DNA from: Bdellovibrionales bacterium
GTDB lineage: Bacteria; Bdellovibrionota; Bdellovibrionia; Bdellovibrionales; UBA1609
Direction: 5' to 3'
NCBI GenBank assembly: GCA_965247685.1
Contig: OZ252021.1
Span: forward strand, 1,020,001 to 1,052,000
DNA: 32,000 nucleotides
Below are positions 17,430 through 26,625 of the stretch, piece after piece. Every line of letters begins with the position of its first letter. The stretch's first letter is position 1. The notes under the pieces are model-generated. The model made no database searches and was not told where the DNA came from. It saw only the letters and a program-made list of their open reading frames with translations. The position numbers and the translations under genes are program-made.

Positions 17430-19036
17430 GATGATTTATTTTTTTTGAAAAAGTTCTTGAGTTTATTGGAATAAAAAACAATAAAAGGAATCAACAACAT
17501 TAATAATAAAAAAACTTTGTTGATATGATACCCCCATCTTTCGAAAATAGTGGGCTGAGTTTCCTTTTGGTAAGGGACGGATAAAACTGTTACCCAAGTT
17601 TGAAGCATAGGGGATCGAGTAATATTTCCTTGAGCATCCATGACAGCAGAAAACCCTGTTTTAGTTGTACGAATAACTGGTTTTCGAAGTTCGATTCCTC
17701 TAGCAAGGGTCATGTAAAGATGTTGATAGGGTTGGTACCACCAGCCAAACCAAGAATCATTAGTTAAATTTAATAAAATTTGAGCTCCTTTTTGAGAAAG
17801 AGTTCTTGAAAAATGAGGAAACAGACCCTCATAGCAGATTTGTAATCCTAGCTTTACCGAGCTTATCTCTCGGACTTGAGGGCCTTCTGCTCCTCTCATT
17901 ATGCTGGCATGTGTATTGAGAAAAAACTTTTTTAAACTGGGAAACCATTGTTCGCCGGGGATGTACTCACCAAATGCCAACAAAATATTTTTGTCATATC
18001 GATCAGGATGAAACTTTCCTGAAGGTTGCAGAAAGAATATGGAGTTTGTAAATTGATTTCCAATTCGAGTTGAGGCACCCGTAATTAGAGGAGTTTTAAA
18101 ATTTTTCTTTACTTCTTTTTGTAAAGATGAAAATTCTTTATCCTTTTCAAAAATAAGATAAGGATAAGCGGCTTCTGACCAGACAATAAAATCTACAGAG
18201 CTATGATTTTTTAATCCTTTTTTCGTGAGAGAAAATAAACGACGGATAGTTTTTCGATTACTTATGATACTGGATTTTTTTACAGCTTGAGGGCTGTATA
18301 TATTGTGCTGAACCACTAAAACATTAGAGCTTTGATCAGGTTCTTTGAGTCGGATTTTGAGATAGTAGCCTCCAATATTGAGGATGAGTAAAAGAGCTAA
18401 ACTGAGGGGCAACCCCATTTTGAAATATTTTTTAGAAAGTGGTAAAAAACACAATTGTACAAAGAGCGTTATCGTGGAGAGAAATTCAAAACCCCATAGT
18501 TCGGCAGTATGAAAGGCGGGCAAGTAAGGTTGGAACCAAGAGTAGCCCAGATGCCAAGGAAAGATCATTGGAAAGATCGAAAATCCTATTGCGGTGAGTG
18601 TTGGGAGGAGTAGAGAAGAAGCCCACTTTGTTTGAAAAGGTTTAAGGCGTAAACAATAGTGCCAAATCCCTAGGGCTATAGGGATATGAAGTTGGGAAAA
18701 AGAACAAAATAAGAGAAATCCTAAAAAAGCTAAACTCCAATGGAATGCACTAAAAACATTAATGGTATAGGTGACCCAGTGAAATCCAATCAAAGTGAGA
18801 ACAAATTGCGTAAACCACCCCGCCCATAATAAGTTTTTAAGTTGATGTTTATTTTTTAAACAGAAATACCATAATGGCACAAAACAGAAAAGTAGAGCCC
18901 ATGGAGGAAGAGGGATGTAGCTGGTTCCAATTAAAATACCAGATAATAAAGGCAGTTTAAAAAAACTAAAAAAAGAAATCACATTTCTCAACATACTATG
19001 GTAGAGAATAGAATAATGAGTTTTGAAAGCCAACAT
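17426..19036 (-). CDS. lnt: Apolipoprotein N-acyltransferase
   Basis: Multi-TM N-terminal half plus a nitrilase-fold C-terminal half with VWSEAAYP and the catalytic-Cys motif LQICYEGLFP. The in-frame ATG at 18994 (MLRNVISFF...) is an alternative start that would remove the overlap with the divergent gene. Confidence 0.85.
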   Translation of the reverse strand: MLAFKTHYSILYHSMLRNVISFFSFFKLPLLSGILIGTSYIPLPPWALLFCFVPLWYFCLKNKHQLKNLLWAGWFTQFVLTLIGFHWVTYTINVFSAFHWSLAFLGFLLFCSFSQLHIPIALGIWHYCLRLKPFQTKWASSLLLPTLTAIGFSIFPMIFPWHLGYSWFQPYLPAFHTAELWGFEFLSTITLFVQLCFLPLSKKYFKMGLPLSLALLLILNIGGYYLKIRLKEPDQSSNVLVVQHNIYSPQAVKKSSIISNRKTIRRLFSLTKKGLKNHSSVDFIVWSEAAYPYLIFEKDKEFSSLQKEVKKNFKTPLITGASTRIGNQFTNSIFFLQPSGKFHPDRYDKNILLAFGEYIPGEQWFPSLKKFFLNTHASIMRGAEGPQVREISSVKLGLQICYEGLFPHFSRTLSQKGAQILLNLTNDSWFGWWYQPYQHLYMTLARGIELRKPVIRTTKTGFSAVMDAQGNITRSPMLQTWVTVLSVPYQKETQPTIFERWGYHINKVFLLLMLLIPFIVFYSNKLKNFFKKNKSS

Positions 19037-19693
19037 AAAACATCAACAAATGTATGGGAGAGTTTAACTTGTCCTCATTGTAAAGCTTTGTTTAAAGTGG
19101 ATAAGCAAGACTTATCTCCTATTCAACATTGTTCTTTTTCTTGTCTTTCATGCAACGAAATATTTTGGGCCGGTTTAGATGCCAGTAATCGTGTTGAAAC
19201 TTTGACTCGTTCTCCAAAAGTTCAAAATGAAGAAAAAATAGTGAGTGATTATAAGATATGCCCTCATTGTTATCAATCGTTAAAAAAAGGTGGTGTTATT
19301 TGTACAAATTGTGGGAAATCTTTTTACGATTCAGAGTGGAAAAAGAATGCACCTTATGCCTCCTTTCAGCTTAGAAAAACATATGAAGAGTTGATGCAGA
19401 ATTATGATTCAACAAAATACCATAATCAGTTTATTTCGAAGTGTCTGAGAGAAGACAATGTTTCTTTTGGAATTTATTGCTACGGTCAACTTTATAAAGA
19501 ACGTCCAACAGATGCGGAGGCTATTAAGAGGTTAAAAAGCCTGCAAGATATTATCTATTCCATGATGGAAAAACCTCCTCTCAAGGAGAAAAGTTCTTGG
19601 TCTTATACGACAGGTTGGGTCCATGCTCTATTATTTTTTGGGTTTGCTTTTTCTTTGTTTTCTTTGTTCTTGTTATACATTCTTGTACGGTAA
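18998..19693 (+). CDS. Double zinc-ribbon protein with a C-terminal TM anchor, function unknown
   Basis: CPHCKALFKV...CLSCNEIFW and CPHCYQSL...CTNCGKSF (four CxxC pairs). C-terminal helix WVHALLFFGFAFSLFSLFLLYILV. ATG at 19016 is an alternative start. Confidence 0.55.
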   Translation: MVENRIMSFESQHKTSTNVWESLTCPHCKALFKVDKQDLSPIQHCSFSCLSCNEIFWAGLDASNRVETLTRSPKVQNEEKIVSDYKICPHCYQSLKKGGVICTNCGKSFYDSEWKKNAPYASFQLRKTYEELMQNYDSTKYHNQFISKCLREDNVSFGIYCYGQLYKERPTDAEAIKRLKSLQDIIYSMMEKPPLKEKSSWSYTTGWVHALLFFGFAFSLFSLFLLYILVR

Positions 19694-19702
19694 AAGGAAG
19701 CG

Positions 19703-20014
19703 ATGAAATTAAAATGGAATTTCTTTAAGTATATTGATCAATGGATTCATAGACCTAAGTTGATTCTTATTTTTTGCGGCATCCTTATATTTTTTAATGT
19801 TGTCTTTGATGGTACGCTTTTTCAGATCAGAACTTTATACTTGCAAAAAAGAGCTTTAACAAAAAAGTCCGTTGAAATAAATACTAAAAATGAAGTCCTT
19901 GTGAATAAAATACAACAGTTATCGGATCCCAAGAATCTTGAAAAGGAAGTTCGAAATCGATTCGACCTTGCTGGAGAAGGGGATTTAATTTTTATTTTTC
20001 CTGAAGATGAGTAG
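19703..20014 (+). CDS. ftsB: Septum formation initiator family protein (FtsB/DivIC-like)
   Basis: 103 aa with a TM helix LILIFCGILIFFNVVF, a coiled-coil stretch, then the family-typical LSDPKNLEKEVRNRFDLAGEGDLIFIF. AAGGAAG RBS. Confidence 0.65.
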   Translation: MKLKWNFFKYIDQWIHRPKLILIFCGILIFFNVVFDGTLFQIRTLYLQKRALTKKSVEINTKNEVLVNKIQQLSDPKNLEKEVRNRFDLAGEGDLIFIFPEDE

Positions 20015-22562
20015 TACAAATAATAAAATTTATCTTGTGGATGCAAGCTCTGTTTTTTTTAGAGCCTACTATGCTATTCCTTTCATGCAGGTAGTGCGGC
20101 CTAAAGAACAACGACTTTCTACAAATGCGGCATATGGTTATCTCACCATAACATTAAAAATTTTAAACCAGTTTAAACCTCAATATATTGTTCATTGTTT
20201 TGATCGAAAAGAACCATCCCATCGAGTGGATTATTACCCTGAATATAAAGCTCATCGAGAAGCGATGCCAGATGATCTAGAAGAACAACTCCCTTATATT
20301 TACAAGTTAACGGATTTTTTAGGTATTCCACGAATGGATAAAAAAGGTTATGAAGCAGACGATGTGATCGGAAGTTTAGCTCATTGGGGTCAGTCCAAAA
20401 AGATGGAAGTTGTGATTGTGAGTTCGGACAAAGACTTTGCTCAGTTAGTCAATGAATCGGTGACTCTTTACGATCCTATTAAGGATATTAATTACGATAC
20501 GGACAAGGTGAAAGATAAATGGGGAGTTTTACCTTCTCAAATTGTAGATTATTTAGCTATTGTTGGAGACTCTAGTGATAATATTCCGGGTGTGCGCGGA
20601 GTGGGTCCTAAAGGAGCGCAAAAATTATTTTCCAATTATTCCTCTTTAGAAGAAATTTACGATAATCTGGATTCCCTAACTCCTCGAATGATGAATCAAT
20701 TGAGAGATTCTAAAAAAGAAGCTTTTCTATCACAAAGGCTTGCTCGTATTATCACTGATATTTTGTTGATATCCAGCATGAAAGAAGTTGAAAAAACTCC
20801 AGTGGATGAAAAGAAGATGAAAGATTTATTGGCGGATTTAGAGTTTCGATCTATTCATAACAAAATGTTTCCTGAAAAAAAAATGAGAACTTCTCCTGTC
20901 GCCACTCAGGAAAAAGTGGCTCGTGTAAAAGGGATGAAAAAGTACATATGGACTCTTCAGAAACTTGAGGAAGAGCTTCGACCTTACGAAGAGGTAGGGG
21001 TGTTGATTTTAGAAAACCAAGTGCATTGTGTAATCAAAAATATGTGGGTGCAGTTGGAAAACTCATCGCTTATTGAATTTGGGAGGATCTTTTCTCATAA
21101 GAAAATTCAGTGGTGGGGTTATGATCTTAAAACAATTTGGAAGAGCTGCCATGTTCACCAACCTATTGGAAGTTGGGATCTTATGATTGCAGCTCATTTA
21201 TGTGACAGCAAATCTTCTCGTGGGCTTCTTTCTTTAGTTCAATCCATAATGGGTGATGAGAAATTGGATGAGAGCAATGCTATTCCTTCCATCTTTCATC
21301 TCAGAGAAATTTACCAAAAGAAGATGGAAGATATGAATCTTATAGAGGAGTTTGAAGAGATAGAGATGCCTGTCATTCCTGTTTTATATCGAATGGAGAT
21401 GCAGGGTATTCTCTTGGACCAAAAACAGTTATTGCTCGAAAAGAAAAATTTAGAACATGACTTAATAGATTTGGAAAATAAAATTTTTTCTATTGTAGGG
21501 CATCCTTTTAATATTTCCAGTCCACAGCAATTAGCGCATGTGCTTTTTGAAGAAATGAATTTGGCTAAGGGAAAAAAGACCAAAACAGGGCACTCCACAG
21601 ATAGTGAAGTTTTAAGAAAGTTAACTCATCTTCATCCAGTTGCTCAGAAGGTTTTGGATTATAGAGAACTTTTTAAATTGAAAACCACTTATGTAGAGGG
21701 TTTGTTGGAAGCGATGAAGGATTCTTCAAATCGAGTGCACACTCATTTTAATCAAACTTTAACATCGACAGGCCGCCTTTCGAGTATGAAACCGAATTTG
21801 CAAAATATTCCTATTCGTACAAAAAGAGGTCGAAAGATCAGAAAATATTTTGTAACGCCTCAAGGCTGTCGCCTTATTGTGGCGGATTATTCACAGATTG
21901 AGCTTAGAATTTTAGCGCATTTTTCTGGAGATTTGGCTTTGAAAAATGCTTTTCTAAATGATGAAGATATTCATTGTTCAACGGCTCGAGAACTATTTAA
22001 TGTTTCTATGGATAATGTGAGTGAGGATCAGAGAAGAGTGGCTAAGACAGTGAATTTTGGAATTACCTATGGACAAACTGCGTTTGGTCTTTCTGAAACC
22101 CTTGGAGTGACTCCTCAAAAAGGAAAGGAAATCGTAGAGCAGTACTTTAAAAAATTTCCAAAAGTGAAAGAGTATATGAATCAAGCTGTGAAAGATGCAA
22201 AAAAGAAAGGTTATGTAGAAACTTTATTTGGGAGAAGACGTATTATTCCTGAGCTTTTTTCAAAAAATGTTCGAATGCAAAAATTTGGAGAAAGAGCTGC
22301 TGTGAATGCAACTATTCAAGGGACTGCGAGTGATTTAGTAAAGAAGGCTATGATCCATTTAGATGCGGCCATTTGGTCAAAAATTTTGATTCAAATTCAT
22401 GATGAATTGATATTTGAGTGTTCGATTGAGGATGTAAATCATGAAATAAGCCGTATTCGCTCCATTATGGAATTAGGGGTGAATGGTGGTGCGAGTTTAA
22501 GTGTTCCTTTGAAGGTGAATATCGGTGAGGGTTTGAGTTGGCACGAGGCGAGTGGAAAATAA
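20007..22562 (+). CDS. polA: DNA polymerase I
   Basis: 5'-nuclease domain (YLVDASSVFFRAYYA; GYEADDVIGSLA; GDSSDNIPGVRGVGPKGA). Family A polymerase motifs (DYSQIELRILAHFSGD; RRVAKTVNFGITYG; QIHDELIFE). Overlaps the ftsB-like stop by 8 nt. Confidence 0.95.
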   Translation: MSSTNNKIYLVDASSVFFRAYYAIPFMQVVRPKEQRLSTNAAYGYLTITLKILNQFKPQYIVHCFDRKEPSHRVDYYPEYKAHREAMPDDLEEQLPYIYKLTDFLGIPRMDKKGYEADDVIGSLAHWGQSKKMEVVIVSSDKDFAQLVNESVTLYDPIKDINYDTDKVKDKWGVLPSQIVDYLAIVGDSSDNIPGVRGVGPKGAQKLFSNYSSLEEIYDNLDSLTPRMMNQLRDSKKEAFLSQRLARIITDILLISSMKEVEKTPVDEKKMKDLLADLEFRSIHNKMFPEKKMRTSPVATQEKVARVKGMKKYIWTLQKLEEELRPYEEVGVLILENQVHCVIKNMWVQLENSSLIEFGRIFSHKKIQWWGYDLKTIWKSCHVHQPIGSWDLMIAAHLCDSKSSRGLLSLVQSIMGDEKLDESNAIPSIFHLREIYQKKMEDMNLIEEFEEIEMPVIPVLYRMEMQGILLDQKQLLLEKKNLEHDLIDLENKIFSIVGHPFNISSPQQLAHVLFEEMNLAKGKKTKTGHSTDSEVLRKLTHLHPVAQKVLDYRELFKLKTTYVEGLLEAMKDSSNRVHTHFNQTLTSTGRLSSMKPNLQNIPIRTKRGRKIRKYFVTPQGCRLIVADYSQIELRILAHFSGDLALKNAFLNDEDIHCSTARELFNVSMDNVSEDQRRVAKTVNFGITYGQTAFGLSETLGVTPQKGKEIVEQYFKKFPKVKEYMNQAVKDAKKKGYVETLFGRRRIIPELFSKNVRMQKFGERAAVNATIQGTASDLVKKAMIHLDAAIWSKILIQIHDELIFECSIEDVNHEISRIRSIMELGVNGGASLSVPLKVNIGEGLSWHEASGK

Positions 22563-22659
22563 CTCAAACTGTTTAAACTTGAATTTCAGCATTGGAGTGG
22601 GATTTTAATACAAAAGATAGTTAAAAATATCATTTCGTGCTTGATTTGTATATTTTTTT

Positions 22660-22688
22660 AAGACATATTTTTCCATTCCAAGTATAAT
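22660..22688 (+). promoter_or_regulatory. Candidate sigma-70 promoter for rpmI-rplT and the downstream genes
   Basis: -35-like aagaca (22660-22665), 17-nt spacer, perfect -10 tataat (22683-22688), about 36 nt upstream of the rpmI start. Pattern match only, in AT-rich DNA. Confidence 0.35.
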
Positions 22689-22724
22689 ATAGATTCAGAA
22701 AAAAAATGAACAGGAGCTGTTCCC

Positions 22725-22919
22725 TTGAAAATTAAAACACATTCCGGAGCTAAAAAAAGATTTCGAGCTAAACCTAGCGGAGTAATTAAAAGAAAGAAAA
22801 AGAATTTAAGGCATCTGCTCATTCAGAAGTCTTCTAAAAGAAAAAGACAATTAGGAATAATGACTTATGTGTCTTCAGCAAATAAAAAAACAGTTCAGTA
22901 CTTATTAGGGCTTAAATAA
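22725..22919 (+). CDS. rpmI: 50S ribosomal protein L35
   Basis: KIKTHSGAKKRFRAKPSGVIKRKKKNLRHLL..KSSKRKRQL. TTG start, with CAGGAG ending 8 nt upstream. Confidence 0.9.
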   Translation: MKIKTHSGAKKRFRAKPSGVIKRKKKNLRHLLIQKSSKRKRQLGIMTYVSSANKKTVQYLLGLK

Positions 22920-22939
22920 AATAAAACGAGGATAAAATT

Positions 22940-23287
22940 ATGAGAGTTAAAAGAGGTTTTAAAGCACGTCGCTATAGAAAGAAAATACTTAAAAGAGCTA
23001 AAGGTTTTCGTGGTTCTAATAGTCGCTTGTTCACTGTGGCCATTGAAAAAAGTGATAGAGCTTTAGTTTATCAATACAGAGATCGACGCACTTTTAAAAG
23101 TGATATTAAAAAAATATGGAATCATAAAATTTCTTTGGCTTCCAAAAATTTAGGATTGAATTACTCTCAGTTCATGGGGATGTTAAGAAAATCTAAGATC
23201 GAATTGAATCGCCCTCAACTGGCTTCTATGGTTCAAAATCACCCAAAGGCTTTTGAAAGTTTGGTTCAACAACTTCAATTGAAGTAA
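22940..23287 (+). CDS. rplT: 50S ribosomal protein L20
   Basis: MRVKRGFKARRYRKKILKRAKGFRGSNSRLF...YRDRR..K.DIKKIW. GAGGA RBS. Confidence 0.93.
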   Translation: MRVKRGFKARRYRKKILKRAKGFRGSNSRLFTVAIEKSDRALVYQYRDRRTFKSDIKKIWNHKISLASKNLGLNYSQFMGMLRKSKIELNRPQLASMVQNHPKAFESLVQQLQLK

Positions 23288-23288
23288 T

Positions 23289-24305
23289 TTGAATTACGAA
23301 AAAAGAAAAAAAGATCATATCCATCTCGCTTTAAAAGAAGCTAACTTTGAGGGGGACAATGGTCTTTCAAAAATAAAACTCATTCATGAGGCTTTCCCGA
23401 ATCTTAATTGGGATGAACTCGATACTTCCACGGTTATTCTGGGAAAAAAGTTTCCTACTCCATTTTTTGTAAGTGGTATGACGGGTGGATTTAAAGGAGC
23501 AAAAAAAATTAATAGGAGAATTGCTCAGGCCTGTTCACAAAAAGGCTGGATGATGGGAGTGGGGTCTCAAAGAAAACAATTATTCCAAAAAGAAGCTCAT
23601 TTAGAGTGGCTCGAAATTAAAAAAAGCTTTCCTGATCTATTTCTTATTGGAAACTTAGGCATCAGTCAGTTGATCGAGACATCTGTAGAAAAAGTTGCAG
23701 AGTTGACTGATTCACTAGGAGCTTCGGCAATAATGATTCATACCAATCCTTTACAAGAGTGTCTTCAGCCCGAAGGAACTCCTCAGTTTCGAGGCTGGAG
23801 GAAATCCTTAGAGCAAATCACTCAAAAATTATCTATTCCTGTTTGTGTTAAAGAGACAGGCTGCGGTTTTTCTCACTCAACTTTGAAGTCACTTTGCGGT
23901 GTGGGTGTTCAAGCTATCGATATCAGTGGTTACGGTGGGACTCATTGGGGGCGTATCGAAGGAGATCGTATTCCATCTGAGGATGTTCGTAAGAATGCAG
24001 CAAAAACTTTTGCTCATTGGGGTCAAAGTACACTTTCATCTCTATTAGCTGCTCACAAACTTCAAAAAAAAGACTTTGAAATATGGGCTTCTGGAGGCAT
24101 TATCAACGGACTGGATGCTGCAAAATGCTTGGCTTTAGGAGCTTCTGCAGTTGGTTTTGCTCACCTAATGCTCAAAAAAGCAATGGAAAGTGAGAAATGT
24201 TTACTGGATCAAATGTTTTTGCTGGAACATGAGTTAAAAATTGCTTTATTTTGTACAGGGAATAAAACAATAGAGGAACTGAACCAGTGGGAGTTCATGA
24301 CATGA
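23289..24305 (+). CDS. fni: Isopentenyl-diphosphate delta-isomerase, type 2 (FMN-dependent)
   Basis: RKKDHIHLAL near the N-terminus, FFVSGMTGG, AIDISGYGGTHWGRIEG and ASGGIINGLDAAKCLALGA. TTG start 1 nt after the rplT stop. No in-frame ATG is available near the N-terminus. Confidence 0.87.
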   Translation: MNYEKRKKDHIHLALKEANFEGDNGLSKIKLIHEAFPNLNWDELDTSTVILGKKFPTPFFVSGMTGGFKGAKKINRRIAQACSQKGWMMGVGSQRKQLFQKEAHLEWLEIKKSFPDLFLIGNLGISQLIETSVEKVAELTDSLGASAIMIHTNPLQECLQPEGTPQFRGWRKSLEQITQKLSIPVCVKETGCGFSHSTLKSLCGVGVQAIDISGYGGTHWGRIEGDRIPSEDVRKNAAKTFAHWGQSTLSSLLAAHKLQKKDFEIWASGGIINGLDAAKCLALGASAVGFAHLMLKKAMESEKCLLDQMFLLEHELKIALFCTGNKTIEELNQWEFMT

Positions 24306-25744
24306 CTATGAATGTAGAAAACACAGTATCTGTGGATCAGCCGGTCTCCAGCAGTCCAAAAAAAGAAAACTTCACTATTTTACAAATGAAAAAATTATTT
24401 TCTGGTTTTTCGAAACTTTCAAGAGGACGACGGTATCAAAGGCTACTCAAATCGAAAGCTCTTGGCAAAAAGGATGTGAATTTTCTAAAAAATGGAGGTC
24501 TTAAAAAACTCGATTTAGCAGATAAACTTATTGAAAATGTGGTGGGTTATTTTCAAGTTCCTCTTGGTGTGGCCACGAATTTTGTTATTGATGATCAGCC
24601 TTTGTGGATACCGATGGCTGTCGAAGAGACATCCATTATTGCAGCTGCCAGTAAAACAGCAAGATGGGTGAATGAAAATGGTATCATTCAAACATCATGT
24701 CCTTCTAGGATATCTATCGGTCAGATACAAATTCACAATGTGAAAAACTTTAATCATCTTCAAGAAGTAGTTCAGAATAATGAATCTCAATGGATTCAAG
24801 ATGTGCACGAACAGGTGGTTTCTTCCATGGTGAAGCGAGGAGGAGGAGTTCGAGGATTTCAGGTAAGAAAAATTAATTCTGAAAATAAAGAAATGGCAGT
24901 TATTCATGTCTTTGTGGACACTTGTGATGCTATGGGAGCTAATATCATCAATCAGATTTGTGAATATTTAAAAAAACCCATCGAAGAATCTACAGGAGAA
25001 GATGTTTCTCTTTGTATTTTATCTAATTTATCGGATCAGTGTTTGGCTTCTGCTCATATTGTGATGAAAGGAATCGACGAGCACTCAATGAAAAAAATTG
25101 TAGAGGCTTCTGTTTTTGCGGAAGAAGATCCTTATCGTGCTGCTACTTCTAACAAAGGTGTAATGAATGGCATTAGTGCTGTGGTGATGGCTACAGGTAA
25201 TGATTATCGTGCTATCGAAGCGGGTCTTCATGCTTATGCTTCTCGATCAGGCCATTATCGTTCTATCACGGAGTGGCGCATACAAAATGGAGAACTTCAC
25301 GGAAGAATAAAAGCTCCTATGATGTTGGGAGTTGTTGGAGGGATGACTCGACTGCATCCTACAGCACAAATTTGTATGCGTATGATGGGTGTTCAATCTG
25401 CAAAGCATTTGGCTCGTATATGTGTAGCGGTTGGATTGGTTCAAAATTTAGGTGCTATTCGTGCCTTAACTACCGTTGGAATTATTGAAGGTCATATGAA
25501 ACTTCATATTAAGAACTTAACTCAAGACGCTGGAGCTAAGGGTTGGGAGTTTCCAATCATTCAAAAACATTTGGAGATTTTATTAAAATTAAAAAAAACA
25601 ATTTCTCTAAGCCATGCCATTGAAGCGGTGAAGCTCATTCGTGATCGTATTCGTCAAGTGGAAAATTTTAAGACTTTGAATAAGCAGCAATGGGCCAAAA
25701 ATATCCTCAAAGAACTGAGAGATAAATACTACTATAATCAATGA
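24302..25744 (+). CDS. mvaA: Hydroxymethylglutaryl-CoA reductase, class II
   Basis: ENVVGYFQVPLGVATNF...IPMAVEETSIIAAAS, DTCDAMGANIIN, LGVVGGMTRLHP and NLGAIRALTTVGIIEGHMKLH. The ATG at 24302 overlaps the fni TGA (ATGA). GTG at 24287 is the tracked alternative. Confidence 0.9.
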   Translation: MTMNVENTVSVDQPVSSSPKKENFTILQMKKLFSGFSKLSRGRRYQRLLKSKALGKKDVNFLKNGGLKKLDLADKLIENVVGYFQVPLGVATNFVIDDQPLWIPMAVEETSIIAAASKTARWVNENGIIQTSCPSRISIGQIQIHNVKNFNHLQEVVQNNESQWIQDVHEQVVSSMVKRGGGVRGFQVRKINSENKEMAVIHVFVDTCDAMGANIINQICEYLKKPIEESTGEDVSLCILSNLSDQCLASAHIVMKGIDEHSMKKIVEASVFAEEDPYRAATSNKGVMNGISAVVMATGNDYRAIEAGLHAYASRSGHYRSITEWRIQNGELHGRIKAPMMLGVVGGMTRLHPTAQICMRMMGVQSAKHLARICVAVGLVQNLGAIRALTTVGIIEGHMKLHIKNLTQDAGAKGWEFPIIQKHLEILLKLKKTISLSHAIEAVKLIRDRIRQVENFKTLNKQQWAKNILKELRDKYYYNQ

Positions 25745-26625
25745 GAAACCTATCACCCTGTTATCAAATCTCTATTCCCAGTAAAACTTTTTTGATTGGA
25801 GAGTACGCAGTGCTGGATGGTGCTTCTGCATTGATAGCCAGTACAACTCCTTATTTTAATTTTAAAGTTAATATGCAGTCTTCCAAACTTTCTCATCCTT
25901 TTCATTCTGAAAGTGCTGCAGGAATATATATTGAAAAGAATAGAGAGATTTTTTCTCAAATTCAAATAGAGCTTATGGAGAAAAGACCGAGCGGTTTTGG
26001 TCTTTCGAGTGCAGAATGGAACTGTGTAGTCACCATAGCTTCTTTATTAAAAAATGATGTTTCTGTGTACGATTTGTGGAAAGAGTATGTTCAGATTGCA
26101 AAAAATACGAGTGGGGCGGATGTGGTCGCACAAAAATTGGGAGGGCTTTGTCATTTTTGTATGAATCCTTTTACTGCTGAAAATTTGATATGGAGTTTTT
26201 CGGACATTCATTTTGCTTTTATTCTAACAGGAGAGTCTTTAGAAACTTGGAAACACTTAAAAGATTTTAAAAAGGAATCTTTAGATCGATTAAAAAATAT
26301 TTCTCATCTTTCGGTGGATGCGTTAAAAAATAAAGATGAAAAAAAGTTTATTCAATCTATAAAAGATTATGATCAAGAGCTTCAAAAAAAAAGCTGGATC
26401 ACTCCTGCAACTCGCTCTCTTCTTGAAGAACTGAAACTTCATTCTGAAGTTTTAGCTCTTAAGGGTTGTGGAGCTTTAGGGGCAGAGTCTGTTGTGTTCT
26501 TTTTTAGGAAAGAAAATAAAGAGAAATTATTTCAATCTATTCAAAAAAAATTATCTTTTAAACAATCGATTAGAGAGGGGAATTTGTCTAAAGGCATACT
26601 TTTGAGTGCTGTTGAGAATTTATAG
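25741..26625 (+). CDS. Divergent GHMP-family kinase, probably phosphomevalonate kinase
   Basis: N-terminal PSKTFLIGEYAVLDGASAL (PMK-like), GHMP motif RPSGFGLSSAEW, and a degenerate glycine-rich motif LKGCGALGAES. ATGA overlap with mvaA. The functional assignment rests on context. Confidence 0.6.
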   Translation: MRNLSPCYQISIPSKTFLIGEYAVLDGASALIASTTPYFNFKVNMQSSKLSHPFHSESAAGIYIEKNREIFSQIQIELMEKRPSGFGLSSAEWNCVVTIASLLKNDVSVYDLWKEYVQIAKNTSGADVVAQKLGGLCHFCMNPFTAENLIWSFSDIHFAFILTGESLETWKHLKDFKKESLDRLKNISHLSVDALKNKDEKKFIQSIKDYDQELQKKSWITPATRSLLEELKLHSEVLALKGCGALGAESVVFFFRKENKEKLFQSIQKKLSFKQSIREGNLSKGILLSAVENL

